From: the human T2T-CHM13v2.0 reference genome, Homo sapiens | Assembly (NCBI RefSeq): GCF_009914755.1 | Contig: NC_060947.1 | Direction: 5' to 3' (one strand) | Length of the DNA stretch: 64,000 bases | Shown: one piece after another, positions 55,123 to 64,000 of the stretch | Layout of the letters: the number at the start of each line of letters is the position of its first letter | Position numbering within the stretch: position 1 is the stretch's first letter | Program-made: the position numbers and the translations under genes | Notes under the pieces: model-generated | Databases searched by the model: none | Seen by the model: only the letters and a program-made list of their open reading frames with translations | Told to the model about the DNA's origin: nothing

Positions 55123-55920
55123 GATAGCATACATTCACATAAACTTATTTGATCAATTGATGTGGTAAATAGGATAAAATTGTCCACAATGTTATATTCA
55201 TACAGAACTCATTCTGTGAATTTTGCCTAAGTGTTGTATGTACACATTTTTCATATTTAAGCACAATAGATTGACAAATCTGGAGTGACTATTTCTTAGG
55301 TATAAACATTTTTAAACTCTACTAGAATGCTTCTGCTGATTATATTAAAATTTGAAGGATTCTCACCCAGAAGTTGTGATTTGGGGTTTAACCCAAAATG
55401 TTATCACTGCTTTACATGATGTAACTTATATTATATTTTGGATAAAGGAAAACAATCTGTTTCTGCTGTTTGAATAGAAGCTCCAAGTAATATTGCTAAG
55501 CATAGTATACCCTGAATTCTGAAGGTTTTGATATTAGTTATCAGAAATACCTTAGATGAATGTGAATGGTTTGTAACAATTATTCAGGAATGAGCTGGAA
55601 AAACTTCTCCCTGGACAGAACTGGCAATAATGTGGAATATTACAGAAATACTTAATTATAAAAACCATACAAGTCATACTTTTGTCCTTAAAACTTATCT
55701 TAGTCAAACACGCTAGTAAAATGAACAAAGAGAAAGTATGAGGGGACTTCAAAAAGTTCATAGAAAATATGCATTATGAAAGAACTATACAAAAATTTCA
55801 AATGTATATTACACCAAAATAAATTCTTACTAACTTGTTATAACCTGCCTTAACAAGATCTAGTTTGAGGCACTAAGAAAGATAAGACATCAGTTTGAAA
55901 AGAGCCCCTGTCAGGGAAAC

Positions 55921-57250
<1,330 letters not shown>

Positions 57251-57369
57251 TGCTGAGAAAGTTTCTATTTATTATTTCTTATCTTTTCATTTAATTTGTC
57301 CCATGAACTTTTTGAAGTGCTCTCATATATGCAGCACAAAGTAGTGGTTGGTTTCACTTAAAATTCTTT

Positions 57370-57646
<277 letters not shown>

Positions 57647-58272
57647 CACTTAAAATTCTTTAGTCTGATAAATGTTCCAAATAAGAAAAATAAGAAAATG
57701 TTTCTACTAATTCTGTTTAAAGTGTGTGACTGCATTGTTTAATGATAATAAATCTAGAGATCAAAATGCTTATCAATCACTATTAAAATTATAATGTATT
57801 CACTGACAATACAGGAATTACTCAAATTTACCAAGAAATGTGGGAAATTTTTAAGAATAATAAGCATATCAAGTGGGTGCAACATGCTTACTTCAATAAT
57901 ACAGGACAAAATATGAAAGCTATTATTTTTTTCTGAATTGTTCATTTCTTTGTATAATTTTCTAATGAAGATTATTCATTTACCACTAAATATAATCAAA
58001 TTATTGTATCATAATTAAATGCACAAATGAGAAAAAACACCTTTGTTAGTCTCTACATACAAATTTTTCTTTCAGAAAATGTTGTCACTGTTATTCACAT
58101 TCCTACACAGATAACATCTGAAACCTGTATTTTGGTTTCTGTAATTATTATTTATTATTGAAGTGAAAATTATCTAAAATATACCTCATTTGAAAGAGAA
58201 AAACATCCTAGACCAAACTTATTTTTAAAAGTAGTTATGCTATTTTGCTAGAAATATGCTAATTTGCTAGAT

Positions 58273-58489
58273 TAGTAGCTCTCAACTGAGGATGACTTCA
58301 CACCCAATAAGACATTTAGGGATGTCTGGAAACATTTTTGGTTGTCTCAACTGAGGGGAAGGTGCTACTGGCATCTAGCGGCTAGAAATCAGGCATCCTG
58401 CTCAACATTCTGCAATGCACAGGACAGCCCCTCACAAAAAAGAATGATCTGCCCCCAAATGTCAATAGAGCTGAGGTTTAGAAACCCTG
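58273..58489 (+). mobile_element. MER20
   Basis: GTCTGGAAACATTTTTGGTTGTCTCAACTG...CCAAATGTCAATAG...GAAACCCTG. Confidence 0.88.
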
Positions 58490-58577
58490 CTACACATAAA
58501 ATTGTTTCCCAGTTTAATCTGTGCAACAAGGCAAGAAGCACGCAATTCAAAATGGTGTGAAGAGAATCCCTGTTTAG

Positions 58578-58961
<384 letters not shown>

Positions 58962-60430
58962 TAAATTATCCCTTCTTGCTATTGTTGGCACCTCACAAAG
59001 CAGGAAACACAGTTGAAGGTTGAGGGGATCATGTACTTTGATATTGACTCAAAGTAATGCCTTCACTATAAAACAGGAATCACTTGACATGCTAAGAAAA
59101 ACCCATCGTAGAAATCAATATAACTAAAGCTTGAATGAATCTGAGTAACTCTTTTTCCCTCGATGTCAAAAGTAAGTGGTAGCCTGTATTGCTTAGGAGG
59201 CACTATTAAAAAACAAACTTTTAACAGCCTTAAGTAAACGTTTTCATTTTCCATAAAACTAAATGATGGCACAGTAATATGATTGCTTACAGCTGCAAAT
59301 GCCTCATCATGAACTAAACACTTGTTAAACTTTGAGTAAAATTTTTCTTCAATGGCTTACAGTAAAATAAAAGCATTTTTAAAAATTATTTCATTAAATA
59401 ATGCCATGGCAGACCGCTTAGTTAAATAATGTCATAGACTTGACCCAATCATCCACTGATTTCATGATAAGTACACATTAAATCTAAAAAAAACCCCTAC
59501 ATCCCTAAATACAAATGACTTTATAATTTTACATTAGGGAGTAGCACTGTATAAGTTACTAATGTTTTGTCCCACCCAAAGGAAGGAAAAATAGAAAACT
59601 TCATGCTAGGAAGGAAAAAAAAGTTTCCTATGTGTTTAATTTTCCTAAATGTCCAAGATATTCTTTAGATTACATGTCATCAACACTTCAGGAGAAAGGT
59701 GTCAAGTTTCTGAATGGGGTAGTAAAGAGAAGTTGAGGTAAGAAAAGGACATCTGACATTCATTCCTGCTAAGAAAGAAAAGAAAATCTTGCTCACACAT
59801 TTCGTTTTAAAGACTTGTAAGGGAAAAGTTTGTCTAAAATTTCAAATAATACAAAACAAAACATATTCGTCATTCACTTTTTAGTATGCATTACTTCAAT
59901 CAGATTGTTTTGTTCTAAGGCCAAACTAAATTCAGCCCTTTAAAGATTGGAAAATATTTGATGTTGCTGGATGTTTTGCAAAGTATCAAATAATTTTGGA
60001 ATGTTGAACACCTATGGGAAGGGCATACTAAGTGAGTACCATAATCCAGAGGGATGTTGTCAAAGATAGGTGAGTAAAGAGGCATTTGAATACCAGCAAT
60101 AAGCCAAAAAATGTCACTCCTCCTAAACACAGATATTATGGGTTCATTTAGTGACTATTACCATGTCCTCTATTGGTGCCAGGGATGTAGGGGCTCAGGT
60201 AAAAAGATATCAAAAAGTCAGGTCTGAGCCTGACTTCACAATGGTACCTAGGAATTTGGGGGCAATCATAACCTGCTTTTGAGTATAATCGTGTGCTACA
60301 GAGGAATGTAGATTAGATTTATCAAAACAAAAGTCCTGGTTATTCATTTACAACAGGCTTTGTGACCACAGAAGTTATCCCAAGTCTTTGATTATTCTAC
60401 ACCATTACAAGATACTTTACAGGGTTTTAA

Positions 60431-60466
60431 AGGTACTTTACAGGTACTTTACAGGTACTTTACAGG
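60431..60466. repeat. 11-bp tandem repeat (AGGTACTTTAC)x3
   Basis: Perfect copies, plus a partial copy at 60411-60423. Confidence 0.9.
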
Positions 60467-62075
60467 CCAAAAAGCATCAACAAAGACATTGCTGATTTAG
60501 TCAGCATCTGGCCTGCTTCTCTGACATGCATTAATATGGAACCCTTTCAAACCATATTCAGTGATAGTTCATATTGAATCCTTCACATTACAAGATAATC
60601 ACTTTTGTGGTAAATTATTTTGTTTTGGTATTAGATTGGTGTTAATTTTTCTCATTTCATCGTGAAGGAAGGTAAAATGTTGTCTAAAGTCATTTCTGAA
60701 CTTTGCACATACATCTCCAAACATCTGAGCATTATTATTCTGTACAGGAGATACAGTTATGGTATAGGAAGGTACACCAGTGACTAGTGGACCAGCATAG
60801 GGCTGGAGAGGGTAGGGAACATTAATGAAGTCATGCTGAAGTCCAGATGGGGGAGCCAGCCTCCGATAGATTCTAATTCAGATGCAGCATTTATTGAGTA
60901 ATTTGGGAGCGAGTTACCTACATGGCTCACTTTTAAAATGGGGATAAAAATCTCACTCTACTAGGATTTTTGTGAAGTTGACAAAGATTCTATGTGAATG
61001 CATGATGAGTTCTTAGAAACCAGTAACAGTTAACTGAATTCAGTGCCTGACCACCACCACTCTTTTCTGTCACGTCTCAGGGTACTCTGCCACACTGGCT
61101 AAAATCCAAAGGTTTCCTACCAATTCTGTCAAGGATTAATGATGTACAAGTGTCTGCCCTTGCAGAACTTCTAGTCTATCCTCATAGTTGTTGAGAATTT
61201 CTGGGAAAATCTTTGTTTCTGCAGCTTGTTTGAGGTATTTTATTTTTTTCACCACCAAAAACTTTTCAGTAAAACCTATTTCTGAGTGTGGAGATATCTT
61301 CGTCTCCCAAAGTTGCTAAAGGGCACCTGAAGCCTTGATGTACAAAAATTCTAATTTCAATTTAATTTTCAACACATTCAATCCAAAGACTATTAACTCA
61401 TGTAGCTAGATCACTCTTCAGACATAATAACTGAATGTTCTAATCAAAATCTCCCAGAGTTACAAAAAAATCTAATTCTGCAAAAGACAATCAATGTAAT
61501 AATTACAGAGGTATTATGGTGACTCATTAGAAAAGGCAAGTGTTAGAAAGGAGCTTTTTCTGTAAATAGCAGCCCTATCATCTTTGCAATTCGACTAATC
61601 CCATTACACCTACACAAGAACGAATTTCAAACTTTAATAATAAATTTCATGAAGGTTACCGAGCCCAGGCAATGTTGGCACCAGAGTTATGAGATCATTA
61701 TGGGAAGTTCGTGAACCTGGTGCTAGAGAGATGATTCATCAGCTCTCTGTAAGATGGTAAAGATTTTATGGATCAACATGGGAGTAGTCATTTTTCAATA
61801 TTTCAAAAGCCTGGCTTGGGTATTCAACAGTTTGACATACTTAGCTGTAGCAGCAGCCACAGTTTGTTTAGTCAGGGGCAACAGGAAAGAGTGATAAATT
61901 AGAAAACGTCAAGCCATTCTTTCCCTCACCTGCCTGACTTTAAGTAATTAATGACAGCTGTTTTAATGAATTGATTAGTTTAATAATTGAAAAATGCAAG
62001 ACACTACCTTTATTTCTGTTATTTCTCCCATCTCCTTCTAACAAGATGTTCAAGAATTGTATCTCTGTTAAAGTA

Positions 62076-62504
62076 CAATCACGTGTCAATGATGAGGATA
62101 TATCCTGAGAAAACTGTCATTGTGAACATCATAGAGTGTATTTATACAAACACCTAAGCATTATCATACAGTGTGGCAGACATACAAAGAGTTACATACA
62201 AAAAGGTACAGAAAGGCTTACTAGTGACCTAGTGGACCACGAAGTGAACATCATAGCATGTACTTACACAAACCTACTACACACCTAGGCTAGATGGTAC
62301 AGCCTATTGCTCCTGTAATACAGACCTGTACAGCATGTTACTATACTGAATACTGTAGGTAAGTGTAACACAATAGTATTTGTGTATCTAAACATATCTA
62401 AACATAGAAAGGTAGAGTAACAATATGGTATTATAATCTTATGAGACCACTGTTGTCTATGTGGTCCATTATTGACAGAAACATCCTCATTTGTAACATG
62501 ACTG
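62076..62504 (-). mobile_element. Tigger3a (MER7A/Golem) MITE with internal insertion
   Basis: CTAAACATATCTAAACATAGAAAGG...ATTATAATCTTATGAGACCAC...CATGACTG terminus. Confidence 0.85.
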
Positions 62505-62654
62505 CATATTCGCAAGTGGATTCCAGCCACCATTTTACAATAACAACAACAACTACATGCACAACAGCAAAAGCTAACAATTTTTTAGCACTGACTACAT
62601 CCCAGCTACTGTTATAAGCACATCTCAAGGTGTTCCACCAAGCTGGTGAGGCTG

Positions 62655-62945
62655 GGGGATGTCAGCAATGGGGTTAAAGGGTGCAAAGCCTCAGAAACGA
62701 GGAAGACATTTGAGTTTTTTTTGAGATCTGCTGCACAGCATGTTGAATATAGCTAATAACTGAGTACCATACATTTCATAATTACAGAGAGTAAATTTCA
62801 AATGTTCTAATCACAAAAAGATTAAATATTTGGGATGTATATGTTAATCAGCTCGATTTAATCATTCCACATTGTATTCAAAATTCATAACATCACTTTT
62901 CACCAAATAAATACAATTATAATTTATTAATATATAATTTTAAAA
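62655..62945 (+). mobile_element. L1MA 3' fragment
   Basis: GAGATCTGCTGCACAGCATG...AGAGTAAATTTCAAATGTTCTAATCACAAAAA. Confidence 0.75.
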
Positions 62946-63421
62946 ATTCTGAGAGCCCACTAGATTTCTCAAGGGTTAACGAGATGCATGTGGGTCTTAG
63001 AACGCCAGGAAGCATAGCAACTATCTCCTTGGCGTCTCTGAGGAGGATGGTCTTGAAAACCAGATAAACACAATCTTTTACACATCCCGCAAATATTAAC
63101 TGAGGGCTTCGTTTGTGCCAGGCATAGAGCTCTATGCTCTAGATGTGTTTACTCATCTAATCATCACAACACCACCATTGCTCCCATTTCACAGATATTT
63201 AATAGAACAGTGGAGAAACTTGCTCATAGACCCACGGTAAGAAGGTGGCAGAGTCAAAATGCAGAGAATAGATTTAGCAAATCAATTGGAGTCACCCAGT
63301 GAATGGTGTCATCATCTCAGCACCCAACTGGAAAGCTGCAGGATCCCTCTCTTCCTTTCCTCTCTATTCTCATGGATGTTAGAATAGTGCCTGGCACATG
63401 TTCAGCATGTTAGAAGAATTT

Positions 63422-64000
63422 TGTTGGGGCTCAGAAAACAGTATCTCAAAATGAAGACTGCTGCTGAGCAGCTTCAGAAGCAAAAGTTTCTCCTGACCTT
63501 CTCCTGTCCTCCTCTCAGTCCCATTTTGCCCTAAGGATAGCCATGGAAACTAGAATCCCTTTTCCCCAAGATAGATCATACAAATCAGAACCCCTTTTCC
63601 TGAAAGTCAGTCATAAAACCTAAAAATATTCTACGTAAAAACTGGCCATGAAGAAATGATCTGACCTAACTGGTTTGACTGTAGATCCTAAGACTCCTGT
63701 TCCAGACAGGGTCCTCTCTCACATCAAGAAGGAAGAAATGCTTCTCAGAGAGGCCAAGAATAATCTAGATGGACAGGCCTTACTGGGTTTCCCCTACTCA
63801 GTCCATTAGCATTTAAATCAGACCCTTTCTGTCCAATCACATTTCTACATGGCTGTCCACATATTGTTGAACCTAAGCATAAAAATGGACAACTGTCCAT
63901 TTTCCCCTGTATGTTAGGTATTCATTCCGAAGGTTTCTGTGTATACAAGTTAAATAAACGTGTATGCCTTTTCTTCTGTTAATCAATCTGCCTCATGCCA
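63422..64000 (+). mobile_element. ERV1 LTR (MER39/MER39B-like), runs off the window end
   Basis: Starts TGTTGGGGCTCAGAAAAC; AATAAA near 63950; MER4-group LTR text. Confidence 0.75.

Overview
Human X-chromosome (Xp22) sequence containing the complete amelogenin gene AMELX on the + strand (~25912-33260, 7 exons, all with canonical GT-AG junctions; 191-aa precursor, or 205 aa with exon 4). X-copy diagnostics are visible: the 106-bp forensic amplicon, a 42-nt exon 5 (SIRPP, no extra Met) and the LLGAAF signal peptide. From established knowledge the window lies in the large first intron of ARHGAP6 (- strand); no constitutive ARHGAP6 exon is visible. The rest is repeat-rich intron: Alu (including a young AluYb8), L1, L2, MIR, MaLR and ERV1 LTRs, many hAT MITEs (seven MER20), a near-complete HSMAR2 mariner, and a MADE1 hairpin matching MIR548AX. 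Most notable: two in-frame phase-0 cassette-exon candidates on the ARHGAP6 strand (22882-22977, 41744-41821); a candidate alternative in-frame AMELX terminal exon overlapping the second (41752-42087); three short 67-88-bp direct duplications each ~1.3-1.45 kb apart; a duplicated exon-4 splice donor; and an almost tail-less AluYb8. Repeat boundaries and subfamily calls are by eye and approximate. No CRISPR, tRNA or rRNA was seen, and none of the novelty claims could be checked against databases.
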